The notes under the pieces were generated by a model that saw only the letters and a list, made by a program, of their open reading frames with translations, searched no databases and was not told the DNA's origin. The position numbers and the translations under genes were made by a program. Positions 40,064-51,897 of a stretch of 64,000 nt of DNA are shown one piece after another. Source of the DNA: Patellaria atrata CBS 101060 (Eukaryota); assembly GCA_010093705.1 (NCBI GenBank), contig MU006099.1, positions 1 through 64,000 on the forward strand, read 5' to 3'. Position 1 is the first letter of the stretch. Each line of letters begins with the position of its first letter.

Positions 40064-40625
40064 TTTTTTTTTTTTTTCCTTCCATTGTGTTGTATTATCT
40101 ACAATACTGCGCAAGCAGTCTTCAAGCTATGGCGCAACTCCCTATACACATCAATCCCTTTTCAGGACCCTTATATGCTTAGTGAAGTCTTCAGTAGCTT
40201 AACCCGCTGATATTTTATATGTAAAGGAAAGTTAGTACGTTTAAACTCTATGTAAAGGAAATTATTGAAAAACCATTTTTCTTCCTCTTTACCATCTCTT
40301 TTCTATTTCCAGTTCTATGCCATGCATCTTGTTATCTTCTGTAGACTCTACTCTACACTTCTACTCTGTCTACATCTCCTGTGTGCATCAGCCATCTAGC
40401 AGTAGAGATTTGAGTTCTTCTATATACTTAAATAACACCTGTTTGCCTAACTTTGTGCAAAAAAGCTTTGCCATTGTTAACTTTGTATCTTAGCTGCCTC
40501 CTCATTTCCTTACGCTCTTTTTGAGTAGTTTGCACAATGTAAAATAAAGTTTGTTGGTATTTGGAGTGATTGACAGTCTTTAAAGCACTTCCATTCTTCA
40601 TCTTTGCCAATTAATTACCTTAGAG
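40064..40625 (-). mobile_element. 5'-truncated LINE 3' end with poly(A)
   Basis: T-run at 40064-40077, then the shared 3' UTR. Colinear with 46868-47320. Confidence 0.82.
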
Positions 40626-40770
40626 TAAGACTTGAAGAATCCAATACGACCCCACTTTTGATTTTACCCAAATCCACTGCTCCATACCACTTCCTCGATA
40701 CACACAAAGAGTTTAGCCGACACACAGTCTTACATACAATCCTCGACCCATCCATCCTAACACCGCAAGC

Positions 40771-41335
40771 ATGGCGCTTTTAGGCTTGCCTAATGAATTA
40801 CTGATAGAGACCTTCGGGCTTTTTGATTCCGGTTCTTTGTTTTCTCTCATGCAGGTATCCCACAATATCAGTGACGCTGCGAAGGTCACCCTGTACAGGG
40901 ACATAGACGTACCAAATTCCAAACCGGTCCTTCGCCATCTGTTCGTCACACTCCATCGCGCGCCGAAATTATAGAATATTATACAGTCGTTTACAATGCG
41001 GCTGACAAATGGGAAGGTTAATTCCTCAGTGCGCCGTAACCAAAGAGAGTATATTGCAGCAGTACAGGAAACAGCTGAGCTCCCAAATTTCCGGAAGGTA
41101 GCTGACTCTGATACTGGCTTCGACAAGCACAAGGGCACCGTCATCGGATGTCTAGAATTGGTGGATAAAGCCTTCTATGTTATGTTATTTTGTCCCATGG
41201 CACCCAATATAGCAAAATTGGACATCAGCGTCAAGCAGGACTCAATACCATGCTCAATGATACTCTTAGAAAGCCTCAGGCATGGTAAACTTGCCCCACA
41301 TTTACAGCGCATGTACTACCGTCCTGACAATATGA
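40771..41335 (+). pseudogene. F-box protein, 5' half; in-frame TAG at 40972-40974; truncated by LTR E
   Basis: F-box-like start LLGLPNELLIETFGLFDSGSLFSLMQVS...LYRDI. The ORF resumes in the same frame after the stop. Confidence 0.7.
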
Positions 41336-41483
41336 TGAAATACACACAGGTATGAGCTAAGGTAGTAGATAGAAGGGTAAGAGTGTTCATTGATTGTCAA
41401 CTATCCGGAGTGGGTGCCTGTGCTATCTTATAGTATTGTCTGCTCAACCATCTCACTTATCCTTGTCCCCAACCATCTGATAT
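41336..41483 (+). mobile_element. LTR family E, left part
   Basis: Matches 26977-27124. Starts TGAAAT. Confidence 0.8.
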
Positions 41484-41752
41484 TGTTAGATGGTGAGGCT
41501 CGCTACCGGGTAAATGGATGCTTACTGGTACAAAACAGTGGTGAAAACAATGGTATGGAACGGTAGCTTGAGACAGAGCGTCAAACCGTATTAAAACAGA
41601 TCTCTGACGAGAACACGGATCTGTGGTGTTTTATCTGTTCTCTTTCTGACCCAGTATCATTGTCAACTGTTCAGTATATAGTCCATATCTCTCTCAGTAG
41701 TTGCAAATCAAGCGACATATTCCATGCACCTGCAGATCCAGTTTATCTCACA
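41484..41752 (+). mobile_element. Solo LTR, family D (A-related)
   Basis: TGTTAGATGGTG...TTTATCTCACA. The last 45 bp or so match family A; the middle differs. No TSD. Confidence 0.82.
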
Positions 41753-42469
41753 GTAGTCTAATTGTCTGCTGATTATCACAGAATAAGAGCTGTTTATTGT
41801 CTGGATGGAAGTTTAGAGATTTGAAGACTCTCCACCACCAGATAAGTTCTGTGCCTGCAGTGGATGCGGCCATGAGTTCAGCCTCAGTGGTTGATTTTGT
41901 AACACAGCGTTTGAGTGTTGCCTTCCAGTCAATTGGAACTCCAAAGAGGAAGAAGATGTAACCCTGTGAGCTCTTTCGAGTCGCTTGGTGATCCGCATAA
42001 GAGGCATCAGTTGCGCCAAAGAAATCGGGTTCTTCGTGGTCCTGAATAAAGGCTGCGTCTGCTGTAATTGAGGCATTGTAAACGAGTGATTTTGATTTTG
42101 TATAGTAGAGGTAGGCTAGAGTTTGGTATGCAGCGTTAATGTGAGTTACTGCAGGATTGGTTAAGAACTCAGCAAGTTTGGAGTGTGCTTTTGAGATATC
42201 TGGTCTTGTTGCTCCGGCTGCATAGCCTATTGATCCGACCAATTGAGCGTAGCGTAGATAGTTGCTTTCGTTTTTAGTCTCATTAGACGGAAGGAGCTCC
42301 TCTGCCTGCAATGGCGTTTGAGGTGATTTTGTGAATGCTTTTGGGGATGGATATTTGTGGTAGATCTTATCGATATAGTCTCCTTGATTTAGCCAGATAG
42401 AGCCATTGTCTCTGTCTCTATGCACGGTTATGCCGTAAAAGGTCTTGAGATCTCCTAGTGAGTGGATCT

Positions 42470-42806
42470 TGTGAGATTGTGGGTAACTGAATATAGTCGC
42501 TTGATTCTCCGTATAACTACGGATTCTATCTAGTGTTTATATAATGACAGACCACCTTATTGATTAACCCTTTGACGTCACGAAGCCTAGCTACGTAATC
42601 TCCAAATCAAGGCGAATATAACGATACTACCTACGTCAGATATAAAATAAGAGATAATATTAAAAGAGTGAGCTAATGTTATAGTTTTGGTGATACTTAA
42701 CCGATAAGTCGGAGCTGAGCATTTAGTTCTGAAGATCTCCAACACGAACTTCTAGAGATCCTGACGATCTTCCAACATAAGGCTATCGGGGATTAGCCAT
42801 CTAATA
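42470..42806 (+). mobile_element. Solo LTR, family C, inserted in the copia RT
   Basis: TSD GATCT (42465-42469 and 42807-42811). Its removal restores RYEIHSLGDLKTF. Confidence 0.92.
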
Positions 42807-44803
42807 GATCTCATAGCGTTGAAGAAGCTTCCTCTTAAACGAGTTAAGATAAGTAGAGTGGCCTGGTTTTGCTAGGACTACGATATCATCTACGTAGAAG
42901 AAGACGATAAGCTTATCATCCATCCAAAGCCAAGAAGCATCGAGGACTGGTTTAAGACCAAATTTGCTCAGGGTCTGTGTAAGATTTTTGTACCAAAGGA
43001 TTGGTGAAGTCTTGAGGCCGTAGAGTGCACGATGTAGTTTCCAAAGATGTTGCTTGTCATTAAATCCTTCAGGTGGATGGCAATAGACAGCTGTGTCAAG
43101 ATCTGCGTTTGTGAACGCATTGACTACATCATACTGCCTGATATCGAGATTGAAGTAGGCGGCAATAGCTATGAGAGAGCGGAATATCTTGATAGCTAGG
43201 GTAGCAGCATGAGTATCTTCAGTAGTGGTTTGAAGATCTCCTCGTACGCAAATTCGAGCTTTGTACTTGAGAAGGTAACCTTCATTGTCAAATTTGTACT
43301 TAAACACCCATAGTAGTGGTAAAATCTCGTGTTTAATGGAGTTAAAATCTTTCCACAAGATTTCTTCATAAGTACCTTTTCTTTTGATAGTTTAAAGTTC
43401 CCGAAGAGTGGCTGCAATAAAACCTTACTTGTGCGGTTCTATCATTGCTTGAATATCTGACCAGTATCGGGGTTTAGATGGAAGTTGAGAACGGTGGAAG
43501 CGATGCTTAGTGTTGTTGGTTGAAGATACCACAAAGGTGGACCAATAATGGCTAATTGCGTAAGATTGTTTTTGAGATTTGGTTCTAGCTCTCTTTGATC
43601 CTTCAGGAAGAATATTTGATATGCGAAATTGAGCATCAATAGTATCCCTGTTAATAGTAGTATTGGAGCGTTTTCTTTTGCCAGATGATTGAGAAGATTG
43701 AATGGGTTATTCTAGTAAAGCATCTTCTATAATCGTTTGAGAACTAGTTATGCTACTTGTGTCTAAGGTACTAGATGGTGGCGGTTGAGACGAATTATCT
43801 GATCTAGGAGTAGGATAGTCATTATAATGAGTAAGGGTTATTGTAGAGCCTTTATCCTATACTATCTAATGAGACTCTTGCTGTTCCTCATATTCTAAAG
43901 ATAAAGTAGGATTAGTAACATCTTTATCCTTAGAAGAGCTTTTAGCTTTAGGTTCTAGTATCTCAATAATGTGAATCATCTCCTTAAGTGACTGATTTTA
44001 AAGTAAGTTATTAGGCTAATCTCTATAGAAAGAATCTTCTTTAAAGAACATATTATAAGAGCGAATCACCTTCCCTTAATGACCCTTACTTAAGGCTTTG
44101 GGGATCCAAATGCGGAAAATATTTGTTGAATCATATCTAACCAGATAGCCAATATGAGCTCGAGGTGAAAGCTTGTCAGATCTTAGTATTATGTTCCTTA
44201 GAGGAAATGCTTTACACCCGAATACATGGAGGTGTGCTAGTGAGGGCTTCTTATTGTATACTTTCTCAAATAGAGTATCCCATTGCAGTGATTTATTTGG
44301 AGTTCGATTGAGTAGATAACTAGCTATAATATAAACCTCTAGAGCAAGATAGATAGGTAATTTTGTAGTAACCATCATTGATCTTAAGCGTTTAATGAGA
44401 GTTTTACTAGATCTTTCTGCAGGACTGTTCTATTCTAGCGTATATGGAGCGCGGACTTGAATCTGAATACCTTCTTCATAGCAATAAGCAATTATTGAGT
44501 CCTCTGCTGCAAAGCCATACCCTCTCTCTCCATCCATGAGGAGAAAAGTGCATGTGATATTGAATTCTCGCTTAAGTCTACGGTCTAGGACTTTGAGCAC
44601 CTTTAGAAGGGTTTCCTTCTCTCGATTGGGAATTGAAAAGACAAAGTTAAACTTAGTAATAAGATAGTAACTATAAAGGATATACTTGTGTCCATTGTAT
44701 CCTATTGCATCTAACTTGATAATGTTAATAGCAATTGATTCAAATGGTCTTATGGCACCATGTTCTCTTCCAGGTCGTCTTGAAATAATGTGATAAGCTT
44801 TAT

Positions 44804-44874
44804 TGTTAGATATAAGCCTTACTGCCAAACTCGGCATTAAGGTCGGCCTTTTGCCGTAGTGGTATAATCTCACA
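44804..44874 (+). mobile_element. 71-bp TG...CA mini-element, copy 2
   Basis: TSD TTTAT. Its removal restores copia codons CLANKAYHIISRRP. Confidence 0.92.
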
Positions 44875-46740
44875 TTTATTGGCCAGGCATTGTTTATAAT
44901 GGAACTTTGTTGGTGCTTCTCCAATAATCTTAGCGATACCAATGACTTTGGAACTAAGATAGTTAATTGCTTCTTTGCTAGGATGCCCCATAAGAAGATA
45001 AGCTTTAGTGGCAGTAAACTGACGTGGTTTACGGGGGTTTGTAGAGAAACGGTGTTGATTGGAGGAAGTAAATGTTTGGAATGGTCCGCGAGGTTCCGTA
45101 GAAGGCGGAGGTGTTTTAGTTCTATATAGAACGAGCTAATAACCTCCAACCTAAGTTAGTAAAGCAACAATCTCTCTAATTAGGCCTTTTTTATAGAGAG
45201 CGTTATTCCTAGAGTCGAAATGGATCCTAGTAGAGTTAAGCCGATATAGCGAGACTAACGAGGTGAAGAATGGTGGCACTAGGGCGATGTGTTTAAGAGT
45301 AGCCTTTTTGATTCCATTAGGAGTCAAGAATGGAATAATCACCTCTCCCCATGCTTGTATCTGCATTTCTTACCCTCCAGCTAGTATCACGTCATTGTCA
45401 GCTACTGGTGCTTTCCAGTGGAATTCTGTAGGGTTGTTGCAGATGTGGACGTCTGAAGCGGGGTCAAGAGTCCAAGAATGAAGTAATGGATATTGTTGAG
45501 CGGAGCCTTGGTTGAAATTCGACGAATAGACGGCAAAGAATCCATTACGTGAGGAAGGATAGAAGCCTAAATCAACTTCTAGTGGGTCTAAATCATGTAC
45601 CTCGTGTTAGATAGTTCTGGGTTTCTTGCTACGTTCCCTATTTCTAGCTCGTATTCTGTTGAGGATTCCTTTCTTATCTTTAGCTTCAAACTCAGCAACT
45701 TTCTTGGCTTTTTCAGGGTCTTCAACAAATCCTCTTTCTCTAACACTCGGGTCAATGTAAGGACATTTACCCTAGATGTTATCATGACTGTCTCCATCTC
45801 CGGCTGGACAGGGCTTAGTTAGTTTCTTTTCCCCAAACTTTCTCTTCCTGTTATATGGAGAATCCTCTCCATTGAGAGTTGCAAAGACACCTCCATGAAT
45901 ATTAGCTTTCTTTGTATGTGTAGCTCGATAGTATTGGAGAAACTCATTGGTGAGATAATCAACTATGCATTCGGGGTCAATCTGAGCAGGGGCATTCTGA
46001 CGACGAGCCTTAGTAAAGGTTTCTTGAGCTTTGAAGATCCTAATTCCCATGAGAGTAGTCTAAGTAGGTTCGAGATACTTGAAAGCTCTTATAAGATCTT
46101 TCTAAGCACGGTATCTAGAGACATCTGGTAAGTCCAAGCTTTTTGCCTTAATGTATACATTTGCGAAGTGATGGCACCAATCTTCAATGTTGTGACGACG
46201 TGGATCAAAGAGTTTCCCTTTATTGTACTGCTGTATAACAAGGTCCTCTTGATTTGCTTGAGTAGGAGCAAATCGGTTATAGAAGTACTTGAGAAGTTCG
46301 TGGACTGATATAGTAGTTTTAAGGGTAGGTAGGAAGGCCCTATCCACTGTTTTAGTGATATATACTCTGATAAGACCAAGTTTCTCTTGTTTGCGTTTAA
46401 ATTGTTTAAGGGAATGCTTGTACTGATCAAACGCATCTGAGAATGGTTCTCCTTCAGCGGTAAGTGTTCTATTCTCGGCACGTCTGATAGGTATAATTGG
46501 TTCCTGTAGTGGTTCACAAGTCTTCTCTGGGTCAATGAGATCCCAAAGGCTGTAAGACTCGGCCATGCTTTTGATCATAAAGATCCAGGGAAGCCAGTCA
46601 TTCATACTATAAAGAGTGACTTCTTCTAAGATCATCTTGGAATGGGTAGGCATGGTGGAAACAGAAGATAGTAGGTAAGTTGATGAAGATAATTGATAGA
46701 TAGTTGAACAAGAAATGATTTTGGTAAGGTGCGGATTATG

Positions 46741-46753
46741 CCGGGCTCATAAC
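46741..46753 (-). other. Primer-binding site complementary to the tRNAi-Met anticodon arm
   Basis: GTTATGAGCCC directly follows the LTR end ...CCTTACA (46754). Confidence 0.8.
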
Positions 46754-46867
46754 TGTAAGGTAGTAATGGCATGTAAAGTGAAGAATATAGATTGAAGTGT
46801 CTGATCCAGAGGAGAGTGGAGGAGGACAGCATATATACCCGACTGAGTGCTTAGTCAGGTGCGATAT

Positions 46868-47320
46868 ATTTTAATTCCATTATATTGCATTACCTACAAT
46901 ACTGCGCATGTAGCCTTTAAGCTATAGCGCAACTTCCTATATACATAAATCCCTTTCCAGGGCCCTCATATGCTTAGTGAAGTCTCTAGTGGCTTAGTCC
47001 ACTAATATTATTTACAAAGGAAAGCTAAGACCTCTAAAATCCATATAAAGGAAATTGTAGAAGCATCTATTCTTTCTCATTGCCATCGGTTCTTGGTTTC
47101 TAGTTCTATGCCATACATCTAGTTATCTTTTGTAGAATCTACTCTTCTACTCTGTTTACGTCTCCGGCATGCATTAGCCATCTAGCAGTAGAGATTTGAG
47201 TTCTTTCTATATATTTTTAGTAACACTTGTTTACCTAACTTTATGCAAAAAAGCTTTGTCATTGTTAGATCTGATCTGAGTAGTTTTCTCATTTCTCTAC
47301 GTTCTCTAGAGTAGTTAGAG
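46868..47320 (-). mobile_element. LINE 3' end truncating the copia 5' LTR
   Basis: Colinear with 40078-40535. Runs into an N gap. Confidence 0.8.
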
Positions 47321-48270
47321 NNNNNNNNNNNNNNNNNNNNNNNNNNNNNNNNNNNNNNNNNNNNNNNNNNNNNNNNNNNNNNNNNNNNNNNNNNNNNNNN
47401 NNNNNNNNNNNNNNNNNNNNNNNNNNNNNNNNNNNNNNNNNNNNNNNNNNNNNNNNNNNNNNNNNNNNNNNNNNNNNNNNNNNNNNNNNNNNNNNNNNNN
47501 NNNNNNNNNNNNNNNNNNNNNNNNNNNNNNNNNNNNNNNNNNNNNNNNNNNNNNNNNNNNNNNNNNNNNNNNNNNNNNNNNNNNNNNNNNNNNNNNNNNN
47601 NNNNNNNNNNNNNNNNNNNNNNNNNNNNNNNNNNNNNNNNNNNNNNNNNNNNNNNNNNNNNNNNNNNNNNNNNNNNNNNNNNNNNNNNNNNNNNNNNNNN
47701 NNNNNNNNNNNNNNNNNNNNNNNNNNNNNNNNNNNNNNNNNNNNNNNNNNNNNNNNNNNNNNNNNNNNNNNNNNNNNNNNNNNNNNNNNNNNNNNNNNNN
47801 NNNNNNNNNNNNNNNNNNNNNNNNNNNNNNNNNNNNNNNNNNNNNNNNNNNNNNNNNNNNNNNNNNNNNNNNNNNNNNNNNNNNNNNNNNNNNNNNNNNN
47901 NNNNNNNNNNNNNNNNNNNNNNNNNNNNNNNNNNNNNNNNNNNNNNNNNNNNNNNNNNNNNNNNNNNNNNNNNNNNNNNNNNNNNNNNNNNNNNNNNNNN
48001 NNNNNNNNNNNNNNNNNNNNNNNNNNNNNNNNNNNNNNNNNNNNNNNNNNNNNNNNNNNNNNNNNNNNNNNNNNNNNNNNNNNNNNNNNNNNNNNNNNNN
48101 NNNNNNNNNNNNNNNNNNNNNNNNNNNNNNNNNNNNNNNNNNNNNNNNNNNNNNNNNNNNNNNNNNNNNNNNNNNNNNNNNNNNNNNNNNNNNNNNNNNN
48201 NNNNNNNNNNNNNNNNNNNNNNNNNNNNNNNNNNNNNNNNNNNNNNNNNNNNNNNNNNNNNNNNNNNNNN

Positions 48271-50080
48271 TGGCGCTACTCTTCTATCTACATAAATCCC
48301 TATTCTAGGGCAATAATATGTCTAGTGAGAGTGTCTGAGGATTGAAGCTCCCCAGTTGTTCAAACTTTACAGTCTAATCCAAGCATTAGAAAAACTGAAC
48401 CAACTCCACTATCTCCTTTGCTCTTCAGTTCCCTGCATTATATATCGATCTAGTTTCTACCCTGTATGCTATCATTTTTAATATGTTTCTTGTTTTTCTT
48501 CATTGATTTCTCTTTTATGTAGCTGTGAGATAAACTGGATCTGCAGGTGCATGGAATATGTCGCTCCATTCTCAAAAGAGAGGTTCTATCTAGCAGGTGT
48601 GTACTAAAACGGACGGAACAGTATGAAATCTATGTCTCAAAAAATAACGAAAATAGCACCAACATAAGAACTAAAAGGTAGTGTTATGTTAGTTTAGTAA
48701 CCCTAGGTTACGACGATACCGTAATTGTGGTGGTATAAGCGACTAGCTCACTACCCCTGGTTACCACAAGAATCAACACCCCGATAGCTCCACCATCTAA
48801 TAGAAACGCACAAGATCTCTATAAATGCGTGTATAATGTTTACCTTATTTCTTGCTATTAGCCTCCTAGCTTTGTTTCCAATTAGATAAGATCTTTTCCT
48901 TGCCTCTCCGTTTAATATAACTAAGTGATGTGAATGAAGTGCCTATAGGCTTACGGCTTAGTCCTTTTTTAGCCAGCTTATCTATTATATCATTCCCAAA
49001 AATATTCTTATAGCTAGGAACCCAGCTAAAGGTAATTTTCATTTCCCATTCATTGGTAAGAGTATTGCATAGGTCTGTTATCAACATATTTAATTCTTGT
49101 CCTCCATCAAGGCTGTTCTTTTGTAGCCTCTTGAGTGCTGCCTGGCTGTCCACAAAAACCCGTAGGTTTTCGGCAATGAATTGTCCTTTCTCACGTTGGG
49201 TCTTTTCTCTTTTAAGTGCTTTGAGGATCGTAAATAGTTCTGCATCCATAATCTTAACGCTATCCCCTAAGTTCCAGTTACTGGCAAATAAAATGCGTTG
49301 ATTGTTTCCTATCTGGCATGCTCCTGCAGCATTTCTATTGCCTTCTTTAGACCCATCAGCGTAGTAAACGCTGACTAAACCATCCGTCATGCCTGATTCT
49401 AGGTCTCTAATTAGTCTATCATGTTGCTTTGATGCTTTTTCCTTGTCCTTGCTGGAGATGATAAATAATGCTTTTAACTTTGGCCTCCAAGGTAGAGCAT
49501 TATGTACAGAAATCTTTTCTATCTTTCAGTTGGTGATAAACTCCTAAGTTCTCTTCAATAAGGACAGGAGCTAAGTGTTTGGTCTTGTGATATGTTTGAT
49601 TGACGTATTGCCTATTTCTGAGTCAGAGTCTAGGGTTGCATCTAAGTCATCTCTTCCAAGCTCTTCCCAGAGCACTCTCTTGACTGGATGGTTCTTATGG
49701 AACTTCAGAGTCCTGAGGGCATAAGAATTGCACAGCTTCTCAAATCTGACAGCTGGAGGAAGCAGGCCTGCTTCAATCTCCATAGCCATGCTTGGAGAAG
49801 TCTTGAAGGCACCTAAGATCATCCTCAATGCTTTGTTCTGCAATTTTTGATACCTTCCAAATTGCTGGCTGTTGCTGTGATTCGGGTTCCACCATACTGG
49901 TACTCCATAGTCTGCTATTGAGTTGACGCATTGCTTGCATTGATGGACCTTTCTGTGTGTTTCCGTCTTTGAATCATGTACATTGCATTTTCTGCACTCT
50001 TGATCTTTTTTTCTACATGCTATTTAAAAGTAACTTTTAAGTCTAGGAACATCCCGAGCCATCTAACCATTAGCTTTGGC
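48271..50080 (-). mobile_element. Tad1-like LINE 3' portion (RT C-terminus plus RNase H)
   Basis: VRWLGMFLD and MILGAFKTSP. RNase H YYADGSK, DAELFTI, FVDSQAAL and WVPSYKNIFGNDIIDKLAK. Confidence 0.9.
48524..48802 (-). mobile_element. Solo LTR, family A, within the LINE
   Basis: Near-identical to 27546-27830. Terminal CA is mutated to TA. No TSD. Confidence 0.88.
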
Positions 50081-51277
50081 GTCTCGCTAGATTTCTGGCC
50101 GCTGAAGTCCCATGACTGCTTCGTTTCGCCGCGTACCGTTCTAGATATACAGTACTTTGCTGCCGTCAACCGAGCGGTGAGGTGCCCACAACTATATTGT
50201 TTGTTCAACGAAGGGGAGAACAAGTTGGATATACGAGAGGAACGTTTCGTCGGCATGGCCAAGTGGTTTTTTTTGCGATCTGCTGTGTGTCTATTACTAG
50301 GGTTGATGCCAAATATTACCAGTATTAAAATCCTCCATGTTAAACAGAAATGGATGGGGGTAGTATCTCAACGAGTGAAAGACGGACGTTTGCTTGAACG
50401 GCTAAGTCACCTTACTTATCATGCATCGGGGTCTATGGATAATGGTTTTCTGGATTTTCCTCCTCGTATGGAGTACTTGGATGTGAAGAGTTGACCTATT
50501 CAACCAGGACAGACGTTATTTACCATGCCTGATACATCCAACATCAGCGTACTAAAGCTTCAAGAAACATTGGTTGACTTTGAAGAGCTAGTAGACTTGG
50601 TATCCCGGCTCCGGTTGAATACTTTAACACTCTGGGACGTACAACTTATAGGTGGAACAAGGAATAAAACCTGGGCACCACTAGGGGGAGCTTATGCGGC
50701 AGATGTTGACCCAACGCCTCTATACCTAGCTATCAAACAGTCCAAATGAACACTCGAAACTCTCTCTATTAATTTCATCGAGTGTCCTTGACATGATCCA
50801 AGGGTACGGACTGATCAGTATACCGGATTTGCCATGCCATTCGGTTCCCTGGCGGATTTCAAATCCCTGAAACATCTGACCATGAACACATGTCTCTACG
50901 CCAGAGTAGGAGATACTCGTACATTCTGGGGAAACATTCCCGAAGGCTTGCAGATACTGGACTTCCGCTGGAGGAAACCATCGTGGAACGATCCTAAAAC
51001 CCCTGGTTCGTACCCGTACTTCGCACATGTACAGCAGCTTTCAAAGATACGTAAGGAGAGGCGAACACAGGGGGAAAGTGCCCTACCTCACCTTACACAC
51101 CTCATGCTTTGGTGTCGTGAGTTTTTGCGCGGGGATATTGTAGGTGACGTGGAGACCATGCTCCTAAAGGAGGAATTTAGCGTGGAGGGAATTCTCCTGA
51201 GATTTCATGAAAACGACGACACCAGCTTGTTATCGTACATCGAGAGTATCGAGAACTCTGGCGGACCGTCAACGTAG
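50081..51277 (+). pseudogene. F-box/LRR-like protein, 3' part; 5' end replaced by a LINE; three in-frame TGA stops
   Basis: ORFs 49976, 50525 and 50834 share one frame. LRR-like LNTLTL, LETLSI, GSLADFKSLKHLTM, IPEGLQILDF and LPHLTHLML. Confidence 0.7.
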
Positions 51278-51897
51278 ATTGTGTTAGAAAGTCTTTCCCC
51301 GATCTTCCCCAATCCTGTACTCCCATCAGCCTAGTGTATTCTAGCGATTTCCCCTTCCCCTACTTCGCCAAATTTTCCTTTCCTGTTTGGCAAGGCAGTA
51401 TTTTCTTTAGGAATCTGCAGCAGTTAGTACAATAACTTAATAGTATCAAACCTACTAACCTGTTGTCGTGTCTTGCAATACTGATTCTTCTCCACTAGTC
51501 CTCTGAGTGAAGTTCAGCAGAGTTTCGTTAATAATGAAGTTAGTATATCGTTAATAAGAAAGATGGATGACCCATACATTATCTCATTTCTTTCTAAAGT
51601 AAAACAAATCCAGATACCACATTGATTGTCAGCGTACATTAGACAAGGAATTCCATGAAAGGGGAAGGAGATAGTTTCAGATAGTGGTTAAAAGGCCGTT
51701 CTATACGATGCGGTAAAACACTTTACCCTTACAGCCGTTCAATTAGTCAAAAGTTTCACTAGGAAAGGGGGATTGTACTTGAATTCAACGTATAAAGCGT
51801 ACACCACGTTAGTCTCCAAGGATAACACCGTAAACCGTACCAAATCAGGTAAAGGCTTTTATTGCCAAAGTAAGGCATCTATACACGTAAATCACAA

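Larger units (their letters stand above)
41753..46866 (-). mobile_element. Degenerate Ty1/copia LTR retrotransposon (partial 5' LTR, PBS, gag-PR-IN-RT-RH)
   Basis: gag from 46653. Protease WTLDPASDVHIC near 45440-45480. Integrase with YLLNRTP and LHVFGCKAF. RT WVFKYK...KARICVRGD, ALYGLK, FYVDD. RNase H TDASYAD, KSTTEAE. Copia domain order, many stops, 3' end missing. Confidence 0.95.
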
